From the IMG/VR virus record IMGVR_UViG_3300017761_002869, positions 1 through 33,733 of that record: 33,733 nucleotides of DNA; one strand, given 5' to 3'. The position numbers and the translations under genes were made by a program. Below are positions 9,943 to 19,014 of the stretch, one piece after another; within the stretch, counting starts at the first letter, position 1; each line of letters opens with the position of its first letter. This stretch comes from a virus (lineage: Duplodnaviria; Caudoviricetes). The notes under the pieces are model-generated. The model saw nothing but the letters and a program-made list of their open reading frames with translations, searched no databases and was not told the origin of the DNA.

Positions 9943-10809
9943 ATGGGTTATATAACTAAACTAGAATTAGGAACAGATTGTGGTTTTGGTTCACAAATGT
10001 CACAATATGCATCTTTATATGCCATTGGAAAGTTGAGCAAAAACCAACCAATCCTAATAAAAGAAAACTTTGATAATACTATATTTGGATTGTTAATACA
10101 TGATCCATTTAAAACAAAACCAAAAATAATTTCAATACATGATTTAAAAGATCAAATATTTTACAATATAGTTCCAGAACTGCCTTCTGGTATATTAATA
10201 GGAGAAATAGATAAAAAATTATATGATCTTTCGCCTAAAAATAATTATGTGGTAAGAGGAGATCTTGGTTTTTTTAAGTACTTTGATTTTTTAAAAAATG
10301 ATATTTTAGAAATGTATACATTTACAGATGAAATACAAAAAAAATCTAATAAATATCTACAACAACACAATCAAGATCAAGAAATAACGGTTTCTATTGG
10401 ATTCAGAAGAGATGATGGTGGAGGAGCATCGTTAGTATTATCTTTGGATTATTATTATGCCGCAATAAAAAAAATAAAAGAACTAATACCAAACAAAAAA
10501 CTTAAATTTTTTATCTTCTCTGGTGCTCCTTCAGATTCTCATAATGGTTGGGAATGGGTAAAATCCAACTTAAAATTAGACAATGTTGTTTATGCTGAAA
10601 ATTTATCAAAGTATGAACAAATGTGTTTGATGACTTTGTGTGATCATAATATCATAGCAAATAGTAGTTTTCATTGGTGGGGAGCATATTTAAATCAAAA
10701 TGAGAATAAAAAAGTTATTTGCCCATATAATTACTTAGATGATCATAGATTTAATTATATTAATGGCAAGTATTTTCCAAATGAATGGATTGCTATTCAC
10801 CAAAAATAA
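9943..10809 (+). CDS. GT11 (alpha-1,2-fucosyltransferase)-like glycosyltransferase, divergent
   Basis: GFGSQMSQYA, FRRDD, DYYYAAI, CDHNIIANSSFHWWGAYL, PNEWI. Confidence 0.85.
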   Translation: MGYITKLELGTDCGFGSQMSQYASLYAIGKLSKNQPILIKENFDNTIFGLLIHDPFKTKPKIISIHDLKDQIFYNIVPELPSGILIGEIDKKLYDLSPKNNYVVRGDLGFFKYFDFLKNDILEMYTFTDEIQKKSNKYLQQHNQDQEITVSIGFRRDDGGGASLVLSLDYYYAAIKKIKELIPNKKLKFFIFSGAPSDSHNGWEWVKSNLKLDNVVYAENLSKYEQMCLMTLCDHNIIANSSFHWWGAYLNQNENKKVICPYNYLDDHRFNYINGKYFPNEWIAIHQK

Positions 10810-10825
10810 CATAAAAGAATAAATT

Positions 10826-11692
10826 ATGAAACAAAAAATAAATATTTTTGGTGGAACTGGATTTATTGGATCTTATTTTTGTAAAAAATATCATGATCAA
10901 ATTATTAAAAATGAAAAAAATGATTATCATCCAACAACTGATAATATATTATACTTAATTAGTACTGTAGACAATTATAATATTCATAACAATCTGCACA
11001 TTGATATCGATACCAATTTAAAAGTATTGATGAATGTATTAGAAAATATTCCAAAAAATACAAATACTGTATTTAATTTTGTTAGCTCTTGGTTTGTATA
11101 TGGTCAGAACAATGAAATACCATTCAAAGAAGACACATCTAAATGCAATCCAACTGGATTTTATTCAATAACAAAGTATTGTGCAGAACAACTACTGATA
11201 TCCTTTTGCCAGACTTTTAATATAAAATATAGAATTTTTAGATTAGCAAATGTATTAGGAGAAGGCGATTTAAAAATTTCAAAAAAGAAAAATGCTTTAC
11301 AATATTTAATAAAACAAATAACCGAAAATAAAGATATAGAATTGTATTATGGTGGAAAAGTATTAAGAGATTACATATACGTGGATGACGTATGTTCAGC
11401 AATAAAGTGTTGCATGGAAAACGCACCAACTAATGAAATTATTAATATAGGTAGTGGCGAGCCACACATGTTTGGGGATCTTGTACAGAAAGCTATAAAT
11501 TATGCTGGTTCTTCCTCAAAAATATTAGATATACAACCAACACAATTTCATAACATTGTTCAAGTAAGACATTCATATCTGGACACAAAAAAATTAAAAT
11601 CATATGGTCATATTAATGAATTTTCTATAGAAAATATCATACATAAATTAGTTGACTTTTATAAAAATAGTGGTAATATAAAGAATCAATAA
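10826..11692 (+). CDS. NAD-dependent epimerase/dehydratase/reductase (extended SDR)
   Basis: GGTGFIG, SSWFVYG, YSITK (YxxxK), RLANVLG, RDYIYVDDV, NIGSG. Confidence 0.88.
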   Translation: MKQKINIFGGTGFIGSYFCKKYHDQIIKNEKNDYHPTTDNILYLISTVDNYNIHNNLHIDIDTNLKVLMNVLENIPKNTNTVFNFVSSWFVYGQNNEIPFKEDTSKCNPTGFYSITKYCAEQLLISFCQTFNIKYRIFRLANVLGEGDLKISKKKNALQYLIKQITENKDIELYYGGKVLRDYIYVDDVCSAIKCCMENAPTNEIINIGSGEPHMFGDLVQKAINYAGSSSKILDIQPTQFHNIVQVRHSYLDTKKLKSYGHINEFSIENIIHKLVDFYKNSGNIKNQ

Positions 11693-12414
11693 TGAAAATT
11701 GCTTATATTTTTCACGGCCATTCAAGAACATGGAATCAATGTTATCAGAATTTTTTTAATAACGTTTTTTCTATTGCTCCAGGTGATATTTTTATACACA
11801 CTTGGGATAGGGTAAATTCTAAAAGTGGTTCTCATTGGAACGGCTGGGAAGAACAAGTAAGTCAAAAACTAGAAGAAGAATCTTCAAAAATCTTAGATCT
11901 TGGTGGTATAATAAAAGCTTATAACCCAAAACATATAACAGTAGAAACTGATACTGGAGTTGATCATTTAAAAGAAAAATATAAAAAACAAATACCAAAT
12001 CCCCATCTAGGGGCAAAAAGAATGTTAGAAAGTTGTTTAAAATGTTTCAATACAGCAAAACAACATGAAAATTATGATGTGTATTTTTCTACAAGATTGG
12101 ATATTAATTATCTCTCTAAACTAAATATAGAAGAACTACACAGCAAAAAATTAATTATACCCAAAACTGTATATGATGGTACACATCCTTACATTTTTGA
12201 TATTTGGTCTGTTGGAAACGAATCTCAATTCAATATAAAAACAAAATTTTATGATGCTATTGATAATTATTGGTATTATGCTACCGACAATTTTCATTCA
12301 TACATTTATGAACAAGCGTTAAAGAAATACTATAACGATAATAACATAGAAACACAAACTTCAAATTTGCAATATTGTGCGCCCAGAATAATAGGAGAAC
12401 CAACTTTTTGGTAA
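11692..12414 (+). CDS. Hypothetical protein, putative glycosyltransferase-like
   Basis: MKIAYIFHGHSRT, DIFIHTWD, YDVYFSTRLDI resemble a family seen in glycan clusters; TAATG coupling. Confidence 0.5.
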   Translation: MKIAYIFHGHSRTWNQCYQNFFNNVFSIAPGDIFIHTWDRVNSKSGSHWNGWEEQVSQKLEEESSKILDLGGIIKAYNPKHITVETDTGVDHLKEKYKKQIPNPHLGAKRMLESCLKCFNTAKQHENYDVYFSTRLDINYLSKLNIEELHSKKLIIPKTVYDGTHPYIFDIWSVGNESQFNIKTKFYDAIDNYWYYATDNFHSYIYEQALKKYYNDNNIETQTSNLQYCAPRIIGEPTFW

Positions 12415-12418
12415 AAAT

Positions 12419-13372
12419 ATGAAAATAGTATATGTAACAGGTTGTTTAGGTTTTATAGGATCTTATATAACTAGATTATGTCTAGAAAAGGGTTGGTATG
12501 TAAAGGGAGTTGATAAAATGACCTATGCGGCCAATGATGAACTTCTAGAAGAATTCAAACAATACAAAAATTTTTCTTTTGTTCATTGCGATATTAATGA
12601 TTTAAAGTTTTTATATGATTGCGATTATATCATTAATACCGCAGCAGAAACGCATGTAGGCAATTCTATAGCTAATAGTGATGATTTTGTTCACTCAAAT
12701 ATAAATGGAGTTCATAATCTTTTAAATTTAATAAAAAATTATAGACAAGAAAATTCTATAATTCCAACATTAATACATTTAAGCACAGATGAAGTTTATG
12801 GTGATGTTGAAAACGGAGCCCACAAAGAAACAGACATTTTAAAACCATCAAATCCATATTCTGCCACAAAAGCTGCAGCAGATATGTTGGTTTTGGCTTG
12901 GTCTAGAACATATAAAGTTTCTTATGTTATTGTAAGACCAACAAATAATTATGGTATAGGACAATATACAGAAAAACTTATACCAAAAACATGTAAATAT
13001 TTAAATTTAAAAAGAAAAATTCCTCTTCATAATAGAGGCACACCAGTAAGAAATTGGTTACATGCTTCTGATACCGCTAATGCTATTATAAAAATAATAG
13101 AAAGTGGTGTCAAAAATGAGATATACAATATTGCCGGTGGATTTGAACAATCTAATATTGAAACTGTGAAAAAAATAATCTCAGTAGTATTAAACGCTAA
13201 TGAATTTGATATAGAAAATTATGTAGATATGTCCTATCATAGAGTAGGACAGGATGTTAGGTATGCATTAGACGACAGTAAGTTAAGAACATTGGGGTGG
13301 GCTCCTGAAAAAATATTTAATGTAGAAATAGAAAATATCGTAAAATACTATAAAAATAAATTTATCTGGTAA
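12419..13372 (+). CDS. rmlB: dTDP-glucose 4,6-dehydratase-like (RmlB/RfbB family)
   Basis: TGCLGFIG, DKMTYA, AAETHV, STDEVYGD, PSNPYSATKAAAD, NNYG, EKLIP, RNWLH, GQDVRYALD. Confidence 0.85.
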   Translation: MKIVYVTGCLGFIGSYITRLCLEKGWYVKGVDKMTYAANDELLEEFKQYKNFSFVHCDINDLKFLYDCDYIINTAAETHVGNSIANSDDFVHSNINGVHNLLNLIKNYRQENSIIPTLIHLSTDEVYGDVENGAHKETDILKPSNPYSATKAAADMLVLAWSRTYKVSYVIVRPTNNYGIGQYTEKLIPKTCKYLNLKRKIPLHNRGTPVRNWLHASDTANAIIKIIESGVKNEIYNIAGGFEQSNIETVKKIISVVLNANEFDIENYVDMSYHRVGQDVRYALDDSKLRTLGWAPEKIFNVEIENIVKYYKNKFIW

Positions 13373-13378
13373 AAAAAT

Positions 13379-14452
13379 ATGAACAACCAAATTTTTAAAA
13401 ATCTTTTTGTTTTGGAACTAGCAAATAATCATTGGGGCTCGCTTAAACGTGGTAAACAAATAATAAAACAATTTGCAAAGATTGTTAAAAATAATAACAT
13501 TAAAGCAGCAATTAAATTGCAGTTTAGAGATGTGGATACTTTTATTCATAAAAATTTTAAACCAACAGAAAAGAATGTAGATCTAGCTTCACTACCAAAA
13601 AGATCTAGATATATTCAAAAAACTACAAAAACAAAATTATCATATAATGAATTCAAAGAACTTGTCGAATATATTAAAAAACATGATTGTATTCCTATGT
13701 CAACGCCTTTTGATGAAAAGTCGGTTGATTGGTGTGTTGATTTAAATTTGCCTATAATTAAAATAGCTAGTTCCGATATTAATGATTGGTTATTAATTAA
13801 GAAAATTGCTTCCACAAAAAAACCAGTTATTATATCAACTGGTGGAGCAAATGATAAGCAAATAGATGATGTTGTAAGATATTTTTGCAATAGAAATATT
13901 CCTATTTCAATTAATCATTGTGTTTCAAAGTATCCCAGTGAAGATAATGAACTTGAATTAAATCAAATAGATTATTTAAAATCAAAATATCCAAATTTGG
14001 TAATAGGATTATCCACTCACGAATATTATGATTGGCATTCTTCAATGTTAATTTCTTATGCTAAAGGAGCAAGAACATGGGAACGTCATATAGATATACC
14101 ATACCCAGAAGGCCACGAACAAAAAGAAGTATCGGCGTATTGTACTTTACCACAGCAAGCAGATGAATGGTTTAAAGCTTTTAATAAAGCAGTAGAAATG
14201 TGTGGTACTTCTTCAAAAACTAGGCGAATAGTTGATGAAAAAGAGTCTGATTATTTGCAATCTTTATATCGTGGTTTATATTTAAAAAATAATATAAAAA
14301 AGGGTCAAAAAATTACAATAGATGATCTATACGCAGCAGTGCCTTATCAAAAAGAAATAGGCCACGTATCTTCTCGTGATTTCATAGAAGATGATGCAAT
14401 AGCATTAAAGAACTTAAAAAAAGATGCACCTCTAACAAGAGATGATATTTAA
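13379..14452 (+). CDS. NeuB/SpsE-family ulosonic acid synthase with C-terminal SAF-like domain
   Basis: ELANNHWG, KLQFR, STPFD, KIASSD, IISTGG, HCVSKYP, GLSTHE, ERH, and RGLYLKNNIKKGQKIT...ALKNLKKDAPL. Confidence 0.88.
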   Translation: MNNQIFKNLFVLELANNHWGSLKRGKQIIKQFAKIVKNNNIKAAIKLQFRDVDTFIHKNFKPTEKNVDLASLPKRSRYIQKTTKTKLSYNEFKELVEYIKKHDCIPMSTPFDEKSVDWCVDLNLPIIKIASSDINDWLLIKKIASTKKPVIISTGGANDKQIDDVVRYFCNRNIPISINHCVSKYPSEDNELELNQIDYLKSKYPNLVIGLSTHEYYDWHSSMLISYAKGARTWERHIDIPYPEGHEQKEVSAYCTLPQQADEWFKAFNKAVEMCGTSSKTRRIVDEKESDYLQSLYRGLYLKNNIKKGQKITIDDLYAAVPYQKEIGHVSSRDFIEDDAIALKNLKKDAPLTRDDI

Positions 14453-14455
14453 ATT

Positions 14456-16195
14456 ATGAAACTTTCTGATTTTGTTTTTCAATTTATAGCAGAAAAAGAT
14501 ATAGATACGGTTTTTACCGTGTCTGGCGGCGGGTGTATGCATTTGACGGATTCTCTTGGTAAAAATAAAAATATAAAATATATTTGTAATCATCATGAGC
14601 AAGCATGTGCAATTGCAGCAGAAGGATACGCCAGAGTAGCAAACAAACCTGGATGTGTTTTAGTAACTACAGGCCCTGGTGGAACAAACACTTTAACTGG
14701 AATATTATGTGCGTATCAAGATTCTATTCCTATAATTGTTATTTCCGGCCAAGTACCTTCAGACCAATTATCAAAAGGCACAGGGTGCAGGCAAATCGGC
14801 CAACAAGAATTTAATATAATTGATACTATTAAAACAATGACCAAGTATGCGGTAGTTGTAAAGGATAAAAATACAATATTATATCATTTACAAAAAGCAT
14901 ATCATATGGCAACTACTGGTAGACCGGGACCGGTTTGGATTGATATACCACTAGACATACAAAGCAGTGATGTAAATATCGATACATTAAAAAAATTCAT
15001 ACCAAATAAAAACAAAAATTTATTAAATTTTTATTATTTTAATAAATTACAAAAATTACTAAAAAATAGTAAAAAGCCAATGGTTGTTGTTGGTGGTGGT
15101 ATTCGAGCATCAAATACCGTAGATAAATTAAAAGAATTTTTGAACAAGACAAAAATTCCTGTAATGTCTGGCCCCCATTCCGCTGTAGACACCATTAATA
15201 CAGACTACGAGTATTACGCAGGAAGATTTGGTCTTCTTGGGCAATACACATCCAATCATATTATACAAGAAAGTGATTTAATAATATGTTTAGGTTCTAG
15301 GTTAAATCCTAAAATGATAGGATATGACGCAAAAAAGTTTGCTCCAAAAGCTAAAAAAATAATAATAGACGTCGATAAGAACGAAATAAATAAATTAAAA
15401 TTTAAAAAAATAGGATGGAATATAGATCTTAATCAGTTTTTTGACTATGTTAATCCAAAAATAGTTGCACCAAAAATATTAAATTGGCACGACGAAATAA
15501 AAACAAAAAGAGCAAAAGAAAAATTAGTACTGGATAAGCATGAAAATTTAAAAACTCATGTTAGTACATACGTATTTTCTAAAAAATTAGAAAACACATT
15601 AAACGAAGAATCAATAATAGTTACAAGTGATGGAACAGCTCATGTGATACCTTTGAAAACTATAAATTTAAAAAATAAACAAAGACTCTTTAGTAACGAA
15701 GGAACTGCCCCTATGGGATATGGTCTTCCTGCAGCAATAGGTGCATATTATGGCAGCAAAAAACCAATAATTTGCATAGAAGGTGACGGCAGTATAATGA
15801 TGAATCTTCAAGAATTAGAAACCGTCAAATATAATAAAATACCATTAAAATTATTTATTATTAATAATCAGGGATATCTTTCTATTAAACTCACTCAAAA
15901 TTCCTTTTTTAAAGGACATTATGTTGCATCGGAATTTTCGTCCGGCGTTTCTATTCCTTCTTTTAAAGACATTGCAAAAGTTTTTGGATTTAAGTATGTT
16001 GCTATACAAAGTAATGAAGAAATAGATTCCTCGTTAAGTGTAATTTTCAATGAAAGTAATCCAACAATAATAGAAGTTTTTACCGACCCTAACGAACAAC
16101 ACGAACCAAAAGTTATTTCTAAAGGTATAGATAAGAATGGCAAAATAATACCAGGTGAATTAACAAACATGAATACGAAAGATATAAATTTATGA
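14456..16195 (+). CDS. Thiamine pyrophosphate-dependent enzyme (acetolactate synthase/YerE-like)
   Basis: GGGCMHL, HHEQAC, VTTGPGGTN, ISGQV, GRPGPVWIDIPLD, MGYGLPAAIGA, TPP motif GDGSIMMNLQEL...NN. Confidence 0.9.
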   Translation: MKLSDFVFQFIAEKDIDTVFTVSGGGCMHLTDSLGKNKNIKYICNHHEQACAIAAEGYARVANKPGCVLVTTGPGGTNTLTGILCAYQDSIPIIVISGQVPSDQLSKGTGCRQIGQQEFNIIDTIKTMTKYAVVVKDKNTILYHLQKAYHMATTGRPGPVWIDIPLDIQSSDVNIDTLKKFIPNKNKNLLNFYYFNKLQKLLKNSKKPMVVVGGGIRASNTVDKLKEFLNKTKIPVMSGPHSAVDTINTDYEYYAGRFGLLGQYTSNHIIQESDLIICLGSRLNPKMIGYDAKKFAPKAKKIIIDVDKNEINKLKFKKIGWNIDLNQFFDYVNPKIVAPKILNWHDEIKTKRAKEKLVLDKHENLKTHVSTYVFSKKLENTLNEESIIVTSDGTAHVIPLKTINLKNKQRLFSNEGTAPMGYGLPAAIGAYYGSKKPIICIEGDGSIMMNLQELETVKYNKIPLKLFIINNQGYLSIKLTQNSFFKGHYVASEFSSGVSIPSFKDIAKVFGFKYVAIQSNEEIDSSLSVIFNESNPTIIEVFTDPNEQHEPKVISKGIDKNGKIIPGELTNMNTKDINL

Positions 16196-16950
16196 AATAT
16201 TTTGTAAAAACAAATCAACATAATTCTTTTTATGATAAAAATTTAACATTAACAGAACTTGCTAACAAATTTGAAACAGATAAAGGCACAGCAGACACAA
16301 GTACACTGTCTTGGGGCGAACATTGGCCAGAATATGATTGTATGGGTTACACGACAACTTATACAAAGTACATGGAACCTCACAGAAAAGAAAAAATAAA
16401 ACTTCTTGAAATAGGCATATGTGATAAAAGATTTTCATATGCTTCATCAAAAATGTGGTTATCTTATTTTAAAGATATTGATTTATATTGTATTGATAAT
16501 TTTTGGGGTTCTTATTTGGATAAAAAGACACAAGAAATAAAACAACTAAATTCTTGGGGTGTCAATTTTATATACGCCGATCAGGGAAATTTTTCTGATT
16601 GGGACGAATTGAAACAAATATGTCCAAATGATTTTGATTTTATTATAGAAGATGGCAGTCATTGGCCAAACCATATGGCAGTATCTCTCTGGCAAAGTAG
16701 AAACATGCTAAAATCCGGTGGTTATTATTTCATGGAAGATTTACAAAATCCAAGCACTGCTCGTGGTAAATTTAAATATGACAATTCATTACTAGCTGAA
16801 GATTTATTAAATGTTCAAAAAACTGGTGCATTCAAAACTCATTTCTTAAATGATAAACAGAATTCAGAAGTAAATAATGAATTTGAATTGGTAGATATGG
16901 TTTTAGATAGAAAATCAATTAATTATCTAGTTACTTTTAGAAAGAAATAA
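16192..16950 (+). CDS. Class I SAM-dependent methyltransferase, sugar O-methyltransferase-like
   Basis: LANKFETDKG, LLEIGI, DQG, FDFIIEDGSH, LKSGGYYFMEDL resemble the MycE/OleY-type pattern. Confidence 0.75.
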   Translation: MKYFVKTNQHNSFYDKNLTLTELANKFETDKGTADTSTLSWGEHWPEYDCMGYTTTYTKYMEPHRKEKIKLLEIGICDKRFSYASSKMWLSYFKDIDLYCIDNFWGSYLDKKTQEIKQLNSWGVNFIYADQGNFSDWDELKQICPNDFDFIIEDGSHWPNHMAVSLWQSRNMLKSGGYYFMEDLQNPSTARGKFKYDNSLLAEDLLNVQKTGAFKTHFLNDKQNSEVNNEFELVDMVLDRKSINYLVTFRKK

Positions 16951-17733
16951 ATGAATATATTAATAACAGGTGGAAATGGTTATATTGCCAAAAGTCTTTA
17001 TTCTCATCTAAAAGATAAACACCAAATAACTACAATAACCAGACAAAATTTTAATTTAACAAATTATGATGCGGTATGTGAATGGTTTCATGAACGTTAT
17101 TTTGATGTTGTAATCCACACAGCAATCGTTGGTGGTAGTAGATTAAAAGCAGAAGATCAGACAGTATTAAATGAAAATTTAATAATGTATAATAATCTAC
17201 TTGCAAACAAACACTACTTTAACAAATTTATATCTTTTGGTTCTGGTGCAGAAACTTTTCAACCAGATACTCCATATGGTATTAGTAAAAATCAAATTGC
17301 AAACTCTATAAGAAACACTGAAAAATTTTATAATTTAAGAATTTTTGGAGTATTTGATGAAAATGAGCTAGCTACCAGATTTATTAGATCAAATCTACAA
17401 AGATATATTCGCAGAGAGTCTATGATAATTCATACAGATAAAATAATGGATTTTTTTTATATGAAAGATTTAATATCTTTGGTTGATTATTATATCACCA
17501 ATGACGGAACAAAAGAAATTAATTGTTCTTACGAGTACAAATATACCCTGTCAAACATTGCTAATATTATTAATCAATCAAGCACCTATACAGTTCCGAT
17601 TGTTATAGAAAATAAAGGCAAATTAGACTTTTATTGTGGTGAATACTCCGAGTTGCCAATCAAAACTGTAGGAATGGTAACAGGAATAAAAAATACATTT
17701 GAAATATTAAGAGACTCAATTAATCTAATATAA
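16951..17733 (+). CDS. NAD-dependent epimerase/reductase (extended SDR)
   Basis: NILITGGNGYIA, DVVIHTA, GSGAE, YGISK (YxxxK), LRIFGVF. Confidence 0.82.
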   Translation: MNILITGGNGYIAKSLYSHLKDKHQITTITRQNFNLTNYDAVCEWFHERYFDVVIHTAIVGGSRLKAEDQTVLNENLIMYNNLLANKHYFNKFISFGSGAETFQPDTPYGISKNQIANSIRNTEKFYNLRIFGVFDENELATRFIRSNLQRYIRRESMIIHTDKIMDFFYMKDLISLVDYYITNDGTKEINCSYEYKYTLSNIANIINQSSTYTVPIVIENKGKLDFYCGEYSELPIKTVGMVTGIKNTFEILRDSINLI

Positions 17734-17736
17734 ATA
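17729..17736 (+). promoter_or_regulatory. T4-type (gp55) late promoter
   Basis: Exact TATAAATA, then GGAG SD (17742-17745) and ATG 17755. Confidence 0.75.
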
Positions 17737-17754
17737 TTAGTGGAGATTTAAATA

Positions 17755-18999
17755 ATGCCTAAATTATGCTTGTCAATGATTGTAAAGAATGAAACTCACA
17801 TTATCAAAGAGTGCTTAGATACTATTTCAAAATATGTTGATTATTGGGTTATTGTGGATACCGGTTCTACAGACGGTACTCAAGATCTAATTCGTTCTTA
17901 CTTTGCAGAGAAGGGCATTCCAGGCGAACTACACGAACGTCCATGGGTGGGATTTGGTCATAACAGATCTGAAGCTCTAACCTTGTGTGACGGCAAAGCA
18001 GACTGGGCTTGGATGATTGACGCAGACGATTATATTGAAGGCAAGTTTGAAATGCCTCTCAATGTTCCTGATGAATTGGACGCGTTTGCTTTAAAGTTCC
18101 AGAGACAAGACTTTGTTTGGTGGAGAACGCAAATCTTCCGTACAGGTCGTGGTTGGAAGTACGTTGGTATTCTTCACGAATACCCAACAACCGAAAATCA
18201 ACAACCAAAAATAACCAAGATTGAAGGTGAATACGCAATCGTTGCCAGAACTATGGGTTCACGTAATTTAAATATTACACCTGTAGAAAAGTATAAGAAG
18301 GACGCAGAGCTTTTAGAAAAAGCTCTGATAGACGAACCAGACAATATCCGATACCAATTTTATCTTGCTCAAAGCTATTTTGATTCACAACAATGGGAAA
18401 AGGCAGAAGCAGCGTACATTAAACGAGTCCAGATGGGTGGTTGGGAAGAAGAACAGTTTTATTCTGCCTACCGTATAGGAATGTGCCGTGGCTTACAAAA
18501 TAAGTCTTGGTTGGAAATTCAACAAGCATTTTTGGAAGCGTGGGAATTACGACCTTCACGTGCAGAACCACTACATCAAATTGCCAGAGTGTACCGTTTA
18601 ATGGACCATCCTCGTTTAGCGTTCTTATACGCCAAGATGGCAGCAGATATTCCGTTTCCGTCTGACGACATCTTGTTCGTGTCACAAGACGTTTACAAAT
18701 ATGGAATTTTAGATGAAATAGGTTCAACTGCGTTCTACGCTGGCAAGCCGCATATGGGGTATGCTGCTTGCAAGAAACTGCTGACAGAAAACCGTTTACC
18801 AGAAGATCAGGTGGATCGGGTTCAAAACAATTTAAATCAATATTTGAAGTTTTTTGAAGATACCAAACAAATGCACGTGATAGAACAGATGAACGAACAA
18901 GTTCAAAAACAAAGCGAAAAACGGGACCATAAACCGGCTAATTTTCCAGCCCAACTACCAAAACGCAAGTTTAAAGACCGAAAAGTTGCCAGCAGATAA
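17755..18999 (+). CDS. GT2 glycosyltransferase with C-terminal TPR repeats
   Basis: LCLSMIVKNE, IVDTGSTDGT, FGHNRS, MIDADD, GILHEY; TPR-like RYQFYLAQSYFD, AWELRPSRAEPL. Confidence 0.88.
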   Translation: MPKLCLSMIVKNETHIIKECLDTISKYVDYWVIVDTGSTDGTQDLIRSYFAEKGIPGELHERPWVGFGHNRSEALTLCDGKADWAWMIDADDYIEGKFEMPLNVPDELDAFALKFQRQDFVWWRTQIFRTGRGWKYVGILHEYPTTENQQPKITKIEGEYAIVARTMGSRNLNITPVEKYKKDAELLEKALIDEPDNIRYQFYLAQSYFDSQQWEKAEAAYIKRVQMGGWEEEQFYSAYRIGMCRGLQNKSWLEIQQAFLEAWELRPSRAEPLHQIARVYRLMDHPRLAFLYAKMAADIPFPSDDILFVSQDVYKYGILDEIGSTAFYAGKPHMGYAACKKLLTENRLPEDQVDRVQNNLNQYLKFFEDTKQMHVIEQMNEQVQKQSEKRDHKPANFPAQLPKRKFKDRKVASR

Positions 19000-19014
19000 T
19001 TAATATATAATTGT

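Noticed and set aside
14456-16195. Acetolactate synthase as an amino-acid auxiliary metabolic gene
   Set aside because: No small subunit or other ilv genes; embedded among nucleotide-sugar genes, fitting a YerE-like role better.
4066-17733. T-even-like DNA hypermodification as the role of the GTs
   Set aside because: No dCMP hydroxymethylase, TET/JBP or recognisable alpha/beta-glucosyltransferase in the window; GT families are surface-glycan types. Not fully excluded, given adjacency to replication genes.
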